A stretch of DNA of 64,000 nucleotides from the human T2T-CHM13v2.0 reference genome, Homo sapiens. Positions 25,730 through 43,533 of the stretch are shown in pieces. A program made the position numbers and the translations under genes. The notes beneath the pieces are model-generated. The model did not search any database and was not told the origin of the DNA. It saw nothing but the letters and a program-made list of their open reading frames with translations. Within the stretch, counting starts at the first letter, position 1. Each line of letters begins with the position of its first letter. The stretch lies in NCBI RefSeq assembly GCF_009914755.1, contig NC_060934.1. One strand, 5' to 3'.

Positions 25730-26595
25730 TTTAGGAGGTGACTGAAGTGGTCCTGATGAAAGGTGATGCTTGCTTTAAGTAGGGTAATAGTGGAGATGGA
25801 GAGAGAGAGGCAGATCTCACCAGTATTTAGGAAGAGGAAGGGCACAATACAGTTATGGATTAAAAGTGAGATTAGGGAGTGAGGCATGAAGTGGTCAAAG
25901 ATGACGTATACTAGGTGTCTTGCGTGAGCAATGTGTCATTGAAAATATCATTACCAGTATATGAAAAGAGCAGGAAGAGCAGATTTTGTCATAAATTGTG
26001 GAGCGTTTCAAGTGTCTATGTAGGCTGGGTGAGGTGGCTCACTGTAATCCTAGCACTTTAGGAGGCTGAGGTGAGTGGATCACTTGAGGCCAGGAGTTTG
26101 AGACCAACCTGGGCAACATGACGAAACCCTATTTCTACTAAAAATAGAAAAAGTTAGCTGGACGTGGTGGCACACACCTGTAATTGCAGCTCCTTGGGAG
26201 GCTGAGGCAGGAGAATTGCTTGAACTCTGGAGCTGGAGGTTGCAGTGAGCCGAGATTGAGCCACTGCACTCCAGCCTGGGCAACAGAGTGAGACTCCATC
26301 TCAAAATAAAATAAAATAAAGTGTTTATGTAGCATATAGAGTTTTATACCTGAACCTGAGGACAGATACAAATAGATAAAATTTGGGAGTCACTGTTACA
26401 TTTTTATAATTTAGTTGGTAATGGAAATTTGGACAATGAGTAAGATTGCCTAGTGTTTCATGTGAAATAAGATGACATCTTAGGCCAGAGCCCTGAGGAA
26501 TTTCACCATTTAAAGGTTTGATAGGGTGATCAGAAAGGTGCTGCCAAAGAGGTAATAGGAAAATCAGGAGAGTGAAATACTGAAAGGCAAGAAGT
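25730..26595 (-). mobile_element. L2 fragment, interrupted by a sense Alu at ~26023-26320
   Basis: Purine-rich L2 antisense phrases (agtggagatggagagagag, gtcaaagatgac, aatcaggagagtg). Confidence 0.6.
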
Positions 26596-26600
26596 ATAGT

Positions 26601-27207
<607 letters not shown>

Positions 27208-27315
27208 TAGCCAGATGGTCTCGATCTCCTGACCCCGTGATCCACCCGCCTCAGCCTCCCAAAGTGCTGGGAATACAGGCGTCAGCCACCGCGCCCAGCC
27301 TTTTTTTTTTTTTGA

Positions 27316-27516
<201 letters not shown>

Positions 27517-27828
27517 TGATCTCTTGACCTCGTGATCCACCCGCCTTGGCCTCCCAAAGTGCTGGGATTATAGGCGTGAGCCACCGCGCCCAGCCAATAG
27601 GCTCTATTTTTTTTTAAATTATTTTTTGTAGAGATGAGGTCTCACTTTGTTGCTTAGGCTGGTCTCGAACTCCTGACCTCAAGTGGTCCTTCTGTTTTGG
27701 CCTCCCAAAGTGCTGCGATTATATGTGTGAGGCACTGCACCCGGCCTCATTAGGCTTTTATGGCTTATGCTTTCTGTACTTTTAATACTATTTCAACTTA
27801 ATTTTCTACTCCAATTTTTTGTTGTAAT

Positions 27829-28045
27829 TTATATATGTATGTAAGTGTATATATATTTATATGTAGGGTGTGTATATATAGTGTGTGTATATATATATAA
27901 AGTATGTGTGTATGTGTGTATATATATATAATGTGTGTGTTTATATACACATACATATGTATGTATACATACACACATATATATACGTATGTGTGTATGT
28001 ACGTGTGTGTGTGTGTGTTTATATATATGTATATGTATATATACA
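27829..28045. repeat. Complex (TA)/(TG)/(CA) alternating purine-pyrimidine tract
   Basis: About 215 bp of mixed dinucleotide repeats. Confidence 0.92.
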
Positions 28046-28840
28046 TTTTTTTTTATTTTTGTTTTTTTTGAGATAGGGTTCACTCTGTAACCCAGGCTGG
28101 AGTGCAGTGGCGCAATCGTGGCTCACTGCAGCCTTGACCTTCTGGGCTCAATTGATCTGCCCGCCTCAGCCTGCTGAGTAGCTGGTACTACAGGTGTGCC
28201 ACCACCACACCCAGCTAATTTTTTGTTTTTGTTTTTTGTAGAGGTGGGATTTTGCCGTGTCGCCCAGGCTGGTCTTGAACCCCTGGGCTCAAGCGATCTA
28301 CCTACCTCAGCCTCCCAAAGTGCTGGGATTACAGGTGTGATCCACTGTGCCCGGCCTATATTACTATATAGTATGCTGCAAAACCTCTTTTGGAAACAAA
28401 GTGGGATATAAATAATACTCAAGTGAGACTTTCAGGAACATATTCTTCTTGGTAAGACAGTGCCACTGAAACTTACTGTGTTTCATAAGAAGTGGTAGTA
28501 CTGGCTCTACTTTTATTTTTGGTTTTAAATTCTGAGCATGAGAAGGAGAGGGATCCACAATAAATTTTGAGTACTATTGTATTTGAATAATAATAACTGA
28601 TTATCCTAATTCCTTTCAGAAGGGAAATCAGCATGCATGAGATCATTTCTTGCCACTTAAATTAAAATTCTAAATTCTAGAGTTAGGCTCTTTAAGAGAA
28701 ACCAGACCTACTTGACGGCAGTCGTCCTAGCTGACCATAAGACAGGAAGTAAACAGGTAACAGGCATATGTTAAAAGCCTTGCCCCATTCCTGTGTTGAG
28801 AGGACCTTTTTGTTTTTTCTCCCGCTCCCCAGGTAAATAA

Positions 28841-29481
<641 letters not shown>

Positions 29482-29731
29482 GTAAGTGCAGAGATTTCTT
29501 GAAAAAAATTTTATTGAAAACTGGGACAGTGGAGTATTTTCAAATATTTGGTAGTTTATTTTATTTTATCAAATTAAACAGCGTTTTCTACTCATTTTTA
29601 ACAGTGGTGGCTATAATTTATAAATCCTTATTGTATTGACCCACAATTTTTCTACTTTGTGGACAAACTTAAGCATTGGGTATTTTATGCAGTATGATCT
29701 ATTAAATACATACTTCTAATTTAAATTCTTA

Positions 29732-30180
<449 letters not shown>

Positions 30181-31184
30181 CTAGTGAATGTTAATTTTAT
30201 TTAACTCTGAAGATCTTTGTTGCTTGAATATAAAGAAATGTTGACTTTTAGGCTGGGTGTGCTGCCTGACACCTGTAATCCCAGCTCTTTGAGAGGCCAA
30301 GGTAGGAGGCTCACTGGAGCATAGGAGTCTGAGACCATCCTGGGCAACATAGGGAGACCTTGGTCTCTGCAAAAGTAAATATAAAAAATAAAAATAAAAA
30401 GACTGAGTTACACATGGTGGCACGTGCCTGCAGTTCCAGCTACTTGGGAAGCTGAGCAGGAGGATGGCTTGAGTCTGGGAGGTCGAGGCTGCAATGAGCC
30501 ATGGCCACATCACTGTACTTCAGTCCCTGGGATGGGTGAGAGTGAGACCCTGCCTCAAAAAAAAAAAAAAAAAAAAAAAAGCTGACTTCTGTATCACATT
30601 TTGGTATGCTTTCCTATGAACCCTTGTATATTACTCATTTTCTTCTCCACTTTCAGTTATCTTTGTCAGAGAAATCATATTTTTCTACAGCTCAGTACTA
30701 TTCTGAAATGTGTAGACATGAGTTTATTAGACCATGGCATATATGATGAGGCAGCTAAAAAAAGGTTAAGCTGCTATTACTACTATACTCTTCTCCATTT
30801 TGGGTAGCCACTTCTAAAGTAGTTTTGGCATAGGCTAGAGTAATGGTGTGAGTAAATAAAAGGGAAAAATAGAATGATTTTGGCTAGATATATATATTTT
30901 ACAGTTTAATCTTCAGACTATGTTATACAGTCAGATTGTACAGAATTTAAAAATATGTTGAAAACTCTTCCTGTTATTCCTCTTCCCCATCTGCCCAGTT
31001 TATCAATAGTTTTCCTGCTACTATGTAATAATTACTTTCTTGCATATCTTTCTAGGTTTCTTTTGCATATTCAAATGTGAATAAAGACTTATTTACTCCC
31101 TCCATCTTTATACAAATGGGTTAATATTATATACTCTTCTGCATCTTAATTTATTTCACTGAACAATTTATCTGTTTTTTTTGA

Positions 31185-31542
<358 letters not shown>

Positions 31543-34500
31543 TAACCATGTTATCTAATATCTAATCAATCAGTTCTTGATGCACTTTCTGATCTTCTAC
31601 TTTGATGACTAACTCTTGTATGTATGTCATTTTGCTTGTATACAAGTATATCTATAGGATTATTAATTTCCATAGGTGGAAACATTGAGTCAAAGGAGTT
31701 TTGCCGTTAATTTTGATAGATAGTCCCAAATTATTTGCCCTGTAGTTTTACCAATATATGTTCCCAGTTTTACCAATATATGAATAAAAAAGCTGTTCTA
31801 CATACCTTTGGTAATCTAACAGGTAAAAGTTTGTATATCCAAGCAGTAGTTTTGCATTTCTCTTAATATTAGTGAGGTTCACATCTTTTTATAGTTTGAA
31901 GAGCAGTTTGTTTTTTCTCTTCTGTGGTCTGTTTTTTGACTTGGTTGTTGATCTTTTTCTTTTTTTTTTTTTTTGAGACAGGGTCTCCCTCTGTCACATA
32001 GGCTGGAGTGCAGTGGCTTGATCTTGGCTCACCGCAGCCTCTGCCTCCCCCTTTCAAGGGACTCTCCTGCCTCACTCACCCGAATAGCTGGGATTATAGG
32101 CACACACCACCGCGCCCAGCTGATTTTTTTATTTTTAGTAGAGATGGGATCCACCCACCTTGGCCTCCCAAAGTGATGGGACTACAGGTGTGAGCCACCA
32201 TGCCCAGCCACAATTGTTGATCTTTTTACTTTGATTTATTGGAGTGTTCATAAGGAGCCCCTCATATATTATTATGCTGTTTTGATATGAGTTGGACTAA
32301 TTTTTGCCCATCTGGTCAGTCTTTGTTTATATTGTGCTTTAAAAAAAATTTTTTTTACCGTGCATGAGTTTCTGATTTTAATTTTGTTCAATTTATTAAT
32401 CTTTCATGATGTCTGTATTTTGAGTTATTAGTTAGAAAGGCCTTCACTATTCCAAAGTTTTTTTTTTTTTTTTTTAAGTGACAGGTTTTCATTCTGTTGT
32501 TCAGGCTGAATTACAAGTAGCAGGATCCTAGCTCACTGTAGCTTTGTAGTCCTGGGCTCAAGTGATCTTCCTGCCTCAGCTTTGAGAGTGTTGGAATTAC
32601 AGGAATGAGCTACTGCACCTGGTGTAAACCTTCCATCTTATTAAATATTTCCTATTCTGGTTTGTTTCACTTGTTCCATTCTACCCTATTAGCTTAAAAA
32701 AGTTAACATTACTATGTGCTTTTTTCCTCTTTCTGAATCCTCTGAAACTTTTAGGATACTGTAAATTCACTTGTCCATCTCCAGACATATATTTTATTTT
32801 TGTCATGTACTTTCATTCTCTGTTTCTTTAAGAATTATAGTGGTTTTGTCAGGTGTTTGTTGAGGATTATGCTAGTCACTTAAAATGAAACAGTTTGTGT
32901 AAATTTGGTGTTATTTTTCTTTGAATTCTATATAGAACTTCGTGAGAAACTGAAACTTTTCTGGGAAAATTTTTGATAAATTCGTTTTTTGGCAAAATTA
33001 TAGGGACATTCCTTTTCCCCCTTTCCTTTCCCTTTCCCTTCCCCTTCCCCTTTGTCTGTCTCTCTCTCTCTTTCTTTTTTAACAGTGTATCACTTTGTTG
33101 CCCAGGCTAGAGTGCAGTGATGCAGTCATAGCTCACTGCAGATTCAAACTCCTGGATTCAAGTGATCCTTCTGCCTCAGCCTCCTGAATAGGTGGGACCA
33201 CAGGCACACCATGCCTGGCTAATATTTTTTTCTTTTTGTATTTTTTGTAGAGACACGTCGTCTCACTTTGTTGCCGAGGGTGGTCTCGAACATCTGGGAT
33301 CAAGCTATCCTCCTGCCTCATCCTTCCAAAGTGTTGGGGTTACAGGCTTGAGCCCTTGGGCCTGACCTATTTTTATAAACTTAAGTCAATTTTGGTGCGC
33401 TCTATTTTTCCAAGAAATTTAACTACTTTGTATAAGTTGCTGAAATTGTTGGACTAACATTGCCAATAGTATTTTTTTTTTTTTGAGATGGAGTCTTGCT
33501 CTGTCACTCAAGCTGGAATGCAGTGGCGTGATGTCGGCTCACTGCAGACTTCACCTCCCAGGTTCAAGTGATTCTCTGCCTCAGCCTCCCAAGTAGCTGG
33601 GATTACAGGCAGGCACTACCATGCCCAGCTAATTTTTGTATTTTTAGTAGAGACGGGATCTCACCATGTTGGCCAGTCTGGTCTTGAACTCCTGACCTCA
33701 GGTGATCCACCCGCCTTGGCCTCCCAGAGTGCTAGGATTACAGGCGGGAGCCACCACACCCGGCCGCCAGTAGTATTTTATTATTATTTTGTTAATTTTG
33801 CTAGCAATGGTAGTAATTACCCCGTTGTTATTCCTGATGTTGGTGACTTGTGTTCTGGTTTTTTCTTTGTTTTTATTTTTATTTTTTTGACCAGTCCAAA
33901 TAGAATTGTTCAGTTTTATTGACCTTTTTAAAGAAAGTTTTGGGCTTTGTTAATTTTTTTTGCCATCTCCCTGTTTTCTATTTTGTTAAACTTCTGCTCT
34001 TTATTATTTCCTTCCTAGTACTTACTATGTGTTACATTTTCCTCTTGTTTTCTAACTTATAAAGGTGGAACCTTAGGTCTTTTATTTTAGATATTCTTTT
34101 CTAATGAAAATGTATATGCTGTAAGTTCCTCTCTATTGCTTTTATTGAATCCCACAAGTTGTGTTTTTTTGTTTTTGTTTTTGTTTTTGCTGTTGTTGTT
34201 TTGAGACAGGGTCTCAGTTTGTCACCCAGGCTGGAGGGCAGTGGTGTGATCTTGGCTCAGTGAAGCCTCCACCTCCTGGGTTCAAGCGATCCTCCTACCT
34301 TAGCCCCTGAGTGGCTGGGACTACACGTGCACGCCACCTTATCCGGCTAATGTTTTTGTATTTGTTGTAGAGACGGGGTTTCACCATGTTGCCCAGGCTG
34401 GTCTCAAACTGCTGAGCTCCAGCGATTAACAGGCATGAACCACTGTCCCCAGCCTATGTCTCAAGTTTTGATAAATTTCATATTTGTTGCCATTCCGTTC

Positions 34501-36246
34501 AAGACATTTTCCAGTTTCCCTTGTGACTTTCTCTTGACTATCTTAGTCTATCTTGGACAGAAGTAGAAGTCTTCTGCTGTTTGTTCGTAACATTGATTTT
34601 CCCTCTTATTTCTTATTTCTCTTCTGTTCTTTTTGTGATTATTTTTTAGTGCTGTATTTTAATCAGTTTAACAATGCAACTAGTTAGTATTGCATTTAAA
34701 TTTAATTATATTAAATTGCCTTAAATTGCCTTTTTGGCCATATCTCTTCCTATATATATATACACAAGTATTTATATTTATCTATATAGTGGTTGCTGTA
34801 GGGATTATAATTTTCTTATCAGTAAATTCAGTCTCTACTGAGTGTACAACTTTTTTTTTTTCCTTTTTGAAATGGAGTCTCGGTGTGTTGCCCAGGCTGG
34901 ACTGCAGTGGCACTATCTCGGCTCACTGCAACCTCTACCTCCCAGGTTCAAGCAGTCCTGCCTCAGCCTCCTGAGTAGCTGGGACTACAGGCACACACCA
35001 CAACACTCAGCTAATTTTTGTATTTTTAGTAGAGACATAGTTTCACTATATTGGCCAGGCTGGTCTGAAACTCCTGACCTCAAGTGATCTGCCTGCCTTG
35101 GCTATCTAAAGTGTTGGGATTACAGGCGTGAGCCACTGCACCTGGCCTGTGTGTGCCACTTAACACGAAATGTAGAATGAAACCATATAGACTTCTTTTA
35201 CCTGTTTTTTTTCCAGTCTTTGTTATAGTTTTATAGGAAAGCTACATACATTCACAAACCCTACCAGTGTTTTAATATTTAATGTAAGTGGTCATTTGTA
35301 TTGTAAATGAGTGTGAAGGCATTATTGTTTTGTATGTTCGTTACATATTAAATGTACCTACATGTTTATCACTCTTTATATTTTTCTTCAGTTCTGAGCT
35401 TCCTTCTGGAATCATTTTCCTATTACTCAAGGAAAATTGTTTGGTGTTCCCTTTAATGGAAAACTTTTAAAAAATGTTTTCTGGCTTTATTTAGTTATCT
35501 AGTTTTTCTTTTGATAACTTGCCTTTTGTCTTTAAGATTTTCATTTCTTTCCCTTAGTTTTCTGTAGTTTTTTTTTGTTTGTTTGTTTTTGTTTTTTTTT
35601 GAGACGGAGTCTCACTCTGTCGCCCAGGCTGGAGCGTAGTGGCGCGATCTCGACTCACTGCAGGCTCCACCCCCCGGGGTTCACGCCATTCTCCTGCCTC
35701 AGCCTCCCGCGTAGCTGGGACTACAGGCGCCTGCCACCTTGCCCGGCTAATTTTTTGTATTTTTAGTAGAGACGGTGTTTCACCGTGTTAGCCAGGATGG
35801 TCTTGATCTCCTGACCGCCTGATCTCTTGATCCGCCCGCCTTGGCCTTCCAAAGTGCTGGGATTACAGGCGTGAGCCACCGCGCCCGGCCAGTTTTCTGT
35901 AGTTTTATTGTCTCTTGGTGTATGTCTTTATTTACTCTGATTTATAGTGGTTCTTCAGTCAGTGGCTTTGGGTCTTCTGTTCTGGAAAATTTTTAGGTAT
36001 TATCAATTCAGATAATGCTTTCATGCCATTTTCTTTCTCATATTTTCTCTGAGACTCTGATTACATGTGTGTTAGATCTGCCTGCCTATTACATTTTTCA
36101 TGTGTCTTATTCCATTTTTTGTATTTCTTACTTTTGTGCTAACATTCTGGATTTCTTCTGACCTGTTTTGTTCCTACTAATTCTCTTTTCATCCATGTCT
36201 AAACCGTTGTTAATCCCACCCATTGATTTTTTTTTTTTTGTCTTGA

Positions 36247-36402
<156 letters not shown>

Positions 36403-36705
36403 TAGAGATGGGGTTTCACTTTGTTGCCTAGGGTGGTCTTGAACTCCTGATCTCAAGTGATCCGCCTCAGCCTTCCAAAGTGCTGGGCTTACGGGTGTGA
36501 GCCCCTGTGCCTGGCTGATTTCTAAATTTCCTCTTTACTTCTGGAATTTTAATTTATTATTATAGTTTTCAGTTATTTGCATCAATTTAGAATTTTGTCT
36601 TGTGTGTACTTGATCATAGTAAGCATACTTATTTTAAAACCTTTATCTGATAACTCCAAAATGGTGATCTGTTTTGATTTTCTTATTTCTCCTTATTTTC
36701 ATTCA

Positions 36706-37125
<420 letters not shown>

Positions 37126-37396
37126 TTAGAGAGGATAGATGTATATTTGCATCTGCTTGGTGCCTTGGGGGTTGTAATTTAGGATTACCTTCGTCAAATT
37201 TCAGTTTGAGATGGTCAGAGGCCTGGTGTAGTCTCTTTGAGGGTCTATGTACTTTTTGTGTATTCTTAGCTCTAGTTTGCCCTTCAGTGTTGCATCTGAA
37301 ACGAGAGGGGTTTACTTGTTCCCTTTTTCTGTTGGTTGTTTCTGAATGTACATCCCTGTACTGTTAGGCCTCTGAGTTTGTCAAAAGTACCCTTCA

Positions 37397-37703
37397 GGCT
37401 GAGCGTGGTGCTCATGCCTGTAATCCCATCACTTGGGGAGGCTGAGGTGGGCGGATCACCTGAGGTCGGGAGTTCAAGACCAGCCTGACCTACATGGAGA
37501 AGCCCCACCCCTACTAAAAATACAAAATTAGCCGGGTGTGGTGGTGCATGCCTGTAATCCCAGCTACTGGGTCATTTGTATTGTAAAAGAGAATTGCTTG
37601 AACCCAGGAGGCGGAGGTCGCGGTGAGATGAGATCGCGCCACTGCTCTCCAGCCTGGGCAACAAGAGCGAAACTCTGTCTCAAAAAAAAAAAAAAAAAAA
37701 AAA
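37397..37703 (+). mobile_element. Sense AluSp/Sq-like element with an internal foreign insert
   Basis: TSD aaag(t/g)acccttca at 37384-96 and 37701-13; the body is interrupted at ~37569-37588. Confidence 0.9.
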
Positions 37704-37833
37704 GGACCCTTCATCCTCACCACCGCTTTCTCTGAAATAGGCAAATGTTCCCTGGGCAAAAGTGGCCAAAAACTGTACCTAGGACTTTCATTCTTTTCCG
37801 GTTTTAGCCCAGAAACTCCTCACTATCATATCA

Positions 37834-37976
<143 letters not shown>

Positions 37977-38457
37977 TTAATATGAAATTTAACACATTTC
38001 AAATTAAAATAGTGAAATGATTATTACTAATATTAAAAATATTGACACTAAGATAAAAATAATTTCATGTTGACATTTAAAATGATTAAGATAATTAAAT
38101 TTTGTCGTAAGTATTAAACTTTTAAAAACTCCTTTTATAGTGGTTCTCAGAGGTAGCGTTGATCTGAATATTTAGTCTGCCTGTAAAAGAAGTGTTAGTG
38201 CCAACATCTGAATTTATAAATGTTTCCCTTTATTTATGTAACTGTACATCATAACTGGGGAAATGATTAAGAATGCTTTTTTTTGGTAGTGGTTTGAGTA
38301 TTCTCAAGCAATGGAAGTAAGACAGCAATGAGAATTTGTTAATGTCCTTGTTGTGCATTTATTTCAATAGACATTTAAGGGATCTGTTAAGGAAGTTAAC
38401 GGTGTTAATTTGCTTTCGATAAAACTGAAAAGATGACATTTATTTATTTATTTTTAG

Positions 38458-38567
38458 GTTGGGCCCATGTGGTTTGTGCCCTGTATATTCCAGAGGTACA
38501 ATTTGCCAATGTTTCCACAATGGAACCAATTGTTTTACAGTCTGTTCCGCATGATCGTTATAATAAG
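38458..38567 (+). CDS. MLLT10: MLLT10 coding exon (110 nt; GWAHVVCALYIPEVQFANVSTMEPIVLQSVPHDRYNK; probably exon 5)
   Basis: tttttag|GTTGGG and AAG|gtacag; completes the split Gly codon; ends in phase 0; PZP-type WAHVVCALYIPEV motif. Confidence 0.98.
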
Positions 38568-40452
38568 GTACAGTGGATATTATTTTATTACTGTTTGAAT
38601 ATCACTACTGGGAAGTAGAAAGGAAGTTTTTGTGTTTTTAAAATCACAGGTCTCCATCAAATCCAGGGGGATTTGGAAAAAAAATTACTACTCCAAACTG
38701 CAGTTATTAAAATGTTATTAATATGTTACTAAGGTCACAGGAGTACAAAGCAAGCAAAACTGTGTTACCTTTTATAGTAACCTAGGTATTTAGTATTCTA
38801 CGATATACAGGATATTTTAATCCTTACAGATTGGTGCTTTATGAATTACTGACCTCTTTTGCGCTTTCAAGTATCAAGAGCCTGTTAAATTTGAATTAAT
38901 TATTATTTTGCATAATATTCATTACAATGTATCATACATTCTTTTTTGAAGAACAGTCCTATATTAGAATGTTACTTGTCTCCTCCTCCCAAAGTTATTT
39001 GTACCCCAAGATATGGTTTTTATTGTTGGCCTTAAAAAAAAAGTTTGCTTTTTTCCTGTATATTTTTCTTCATTTAGTACATATATATTATTGTTTTATT
39101 CTCCTGTGCATTTTAGGTTTTACCATTACCCAATGTGCCTTTAAATATAGTTTTATTATTTAATTGAAGGTACACATTCCATCCGTGGAAGAAATTGCAG
39201 CCAGCTTTAAGATTTTAAATGTTTTTGTGTAAAAAACCTTTTTATTTTGTAATTAATATTTATTTTAAAAACTTGAAAATACAGACAAGTAAATAAATAT
39301 AAGACAAAAATCATTCATAATCTTATTCAGGTTCATCCAGGTTTTTTTCTGTGTATTTTTGCTTATAGTATATGCTTACAAAAAAGTTGAATCGTTTTCG
39401 CTTATATTTTTTCTTTGCTTTTGGAACTTACACAGCATCTTTTGCGAGTCAATAAATTGTGTTTCTGCTGTATTTTTAATAGATACTTAGTCTGTAATAC
39501 AAAACATGAGATTCAACAAACTGTAAATTTAATTAAGCAACCCTTTGTGGTTGAAGGGCCTAGTTTGGTGTCTGGCATTTAGTATACACTGCTAGCATCT
39601 GTGTAAAAGTGTGTGAACATTTTGGAAGCTTCAATAAATACATTGTGTGAAATTGTCCTCTGGAAGTTACACTGTATTAGCTATATGTGAGATTGCTCAT
39701 AACCCTATATTATGTTAGGTACACTGTGTTACCCTTAAAAAACTTTGCTATTCTTTCTAGTAAAAAAAAAAAAATATATTAAAATGTTTGAAAGAGTTTG
39801 AGTACTGGTAAGGTTAATTATTTTAAAGTTTGTTTTTTGAAGATTATTCATGTATGTTAATTGACCTTCCATATCTGTTTATTTTAATATTATAATTTTT
39901 TTTACAAAGTGTTTTATGTTAGAGATCATATTATTTTGTCTTGTATATTTGCTGTGTGTGTTTTTTCCCATAATTTAACATTTGGTTTTTAATTTTGTTA
40001 CGTCTTCATAGCTTTTGTTGTTGGGATTCTAGCAGGTTAATTTTTTGTAATGCAGAAGTTTACATTTTCGAGGTAATTTACACAAATGCTCTTTATTGTT
40101 TCTGCCTTTGATGCTGTGCAAAGAAAATCTTTATATTAATGCACTTTTTTTTTTTAGTGCTTTGGAAGTTCGTTTTTAAAAACCTTGTTTTTCTTTTTAA
40201 TTTTAAAAGCATTAAAACTTACAAACAGGTTGCAGGAATAGTACAAAAGAACTCTTCCTTCCCTAAACCATTTGAGAGTAACTTACCAATATAATATGCT
40301 GTCACCCCTGAATACTTCAGAGTTTCCCATAAAGAAGGATACTCTCTTGGGAATATACAATATGCCGTCAAAATAAGGAAATTAACAGCGATACATTATT
40401 ACTCTCTGATCTTTGGAACCCATTCATGTTTTTGTAGGCATATTCTTTATAG

Positions 40453-40677
<225 letters not shown>

Positions 40678-41727
40678 TAGTAAAGACAGGCTCTTGCCAT
40701 GTTGGCCAGGCTGCTCTCGAACTCCTGGCCTCAAGTGATCTGCCTCCCTCAGCCTCTGAAAGTGTTGGGATTACAGGCGTGAGCCACCCCACCCGGGTCT
40801 CTTTGGTCTTTTTAAATCTCAAATGGTAACTCAGTCTTTCCCCGAGTTTCAGAAATTTGATGCTTTTGAATATTACAGGCCAGTTATTTTGTAGAGTGAC
40901 CCCCTATTTGGATTTGCCTGATGTTTCATCATGATTAAATACAGTTATGTTTTTAGCAGGAGTATCACATATGTGATTCTGTGTTCTTTTTTTTGCATCC
41001 TATCAGTTGGTACATAATTTCAGTTTTTCCTTGATCACTTGGTTAAGGTGTGTCTGTCAGTTTTCTCCACAGTGAGGTTAATCTTTTTTCTTTTTATAGT
41101 CAGTATGGATTTTGTGGGGGAAGTACTTCATATATAAACATCTTGTTCCTTTTGCCTTTTCCTCACTAATTTTAGCATTCATTGATGTTTCTTGACCTAA
41201 TTTATGACTAGGATTGATGGCAAGTAGTGGTTTTCTAATTTCACCCTTTCTTTTACATTCATCAGTTGACATTCCACTGTAAGGTGAAGCTTTCTTTACT
41301 TGCTGATTATTTGTATTAGTATGGACTTATGCTATTTTATTTTAATGGGTCATATTCCACTAATGTCATTTATTTTGATGTTCATACTGTCTCAGGTTTG
41401 CCTGGTGGGACCTCTTTAAGCTGGCTTCTGTGTCTTTTGACCTATCATTTCAGAGAAGCATTTCTCTACTTCTGACACAACAGTATAATCTAGGCTCATC
41501 TTGTGTTATTCCTGCTGTAGTTCTGAAATCACCATTTCTCTGAGTAACCTTGATTTCTTTTTGGTGAGAATAATATTTAGAAGCCAAAGTGGGTGCTAGG
41601 TGTGGGTTATTGCTACTCTCAGTCAGCATGGCTAGGAAATGTGTGTTTGTGTGTGTGTGTATTCCTACGGAGATACATATTTCTATAAATTCACATCTAT
41701 TGTTTCTATATCTATGTAGAAAACTGT

Positions 41728-42536
<809 letters not shown>

Positions 42537-42691
42537 CTAATCTCTATTACTGTATCCATCTCTATATATTGAACTCCATATGCTCATGGTAACTTCTCCA
42601 AATCTAGCCCAACAAAACAGGGTTCATTTTAATTTTTTCCCCCATATTTATGATTCTCAGACAGAAACCTGACTCTTAATATTTTTAATAG

Positions 42692-42892
<201 letters not shown>

Positions 42893-43494
42893 TAATGATG
42901 CCCAGGCTGATCTTGAACTCCTGAGCTCAAGTGATCTGCCTGCTCTGGCCTCCCAAGGTGCTAAGATTACAGGCATGAGCCACTATATGGGCCCAGCCCC
43001 ATCTTGTGGCTTTAAGACTAAAATAGTTCAAGTAGAAAAGGAGCAAAGGTAGACCAAAGAAGGAATTATTTAGATATAAACATTTCATTAGCCTAGAATA
43101 ATTTTAGAATATGGTAAGATATGTGCCCAACTTTCCCTTCCCACCTGGTTAGTCAACTTTTTCAACACTATTGCTGAATAATCTATGTTTTCCATAGTGA
43201 TTTGAAATATTATTTGAATCATTACTAAATTATTGAATACTTGAGTTTGTTTCTGGACTTTTTATGTGTTCCTTTGGTGTTTCTATTTTTATCCTGGCAC
43301 CACACACACTATTTTAAATTATTGTGGCTTTATATACATTTTAGTACATGGTAAGACAAATATTATCATGTATTTATTTTTCTAGATGAACATTAGGACT
43401 AATAAAAGCACAATTTAGACTGTATTAGAGTTACAGTGAAATACTGTTTTAGGGATGAATATATTTTTACAATATTGAATCTTTCCTGAGATAG

Positions 43495-43530
<36 letters not shown>
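43495..43530. repeat. (CA)n microsatellite
   Basis: About 17 perfect CA units. Confidence 0.95.

Positions 43531-43533
<3 letters not shown>

Noticed and set aside
27798-28083. YIHT/VCVY-rich ORFs on both strands
   Set aside because: Translations of a dinucleotide low-complexity tract.
31744-31782. Short direct repeat agttttaccaatatatg x2 (and similar micro-duplications at ~20650 and ~63075)
   Set aside because: Ordinary slippage duplications within decayed repeats, with no sign of function.
38433-38618. ORF-track calls at 38433-38618 and 57944-58126 as standalone genes
   Set aside because: Each is a real MLLT10 exon plus intronic read-through; the true limits are the splice sites.
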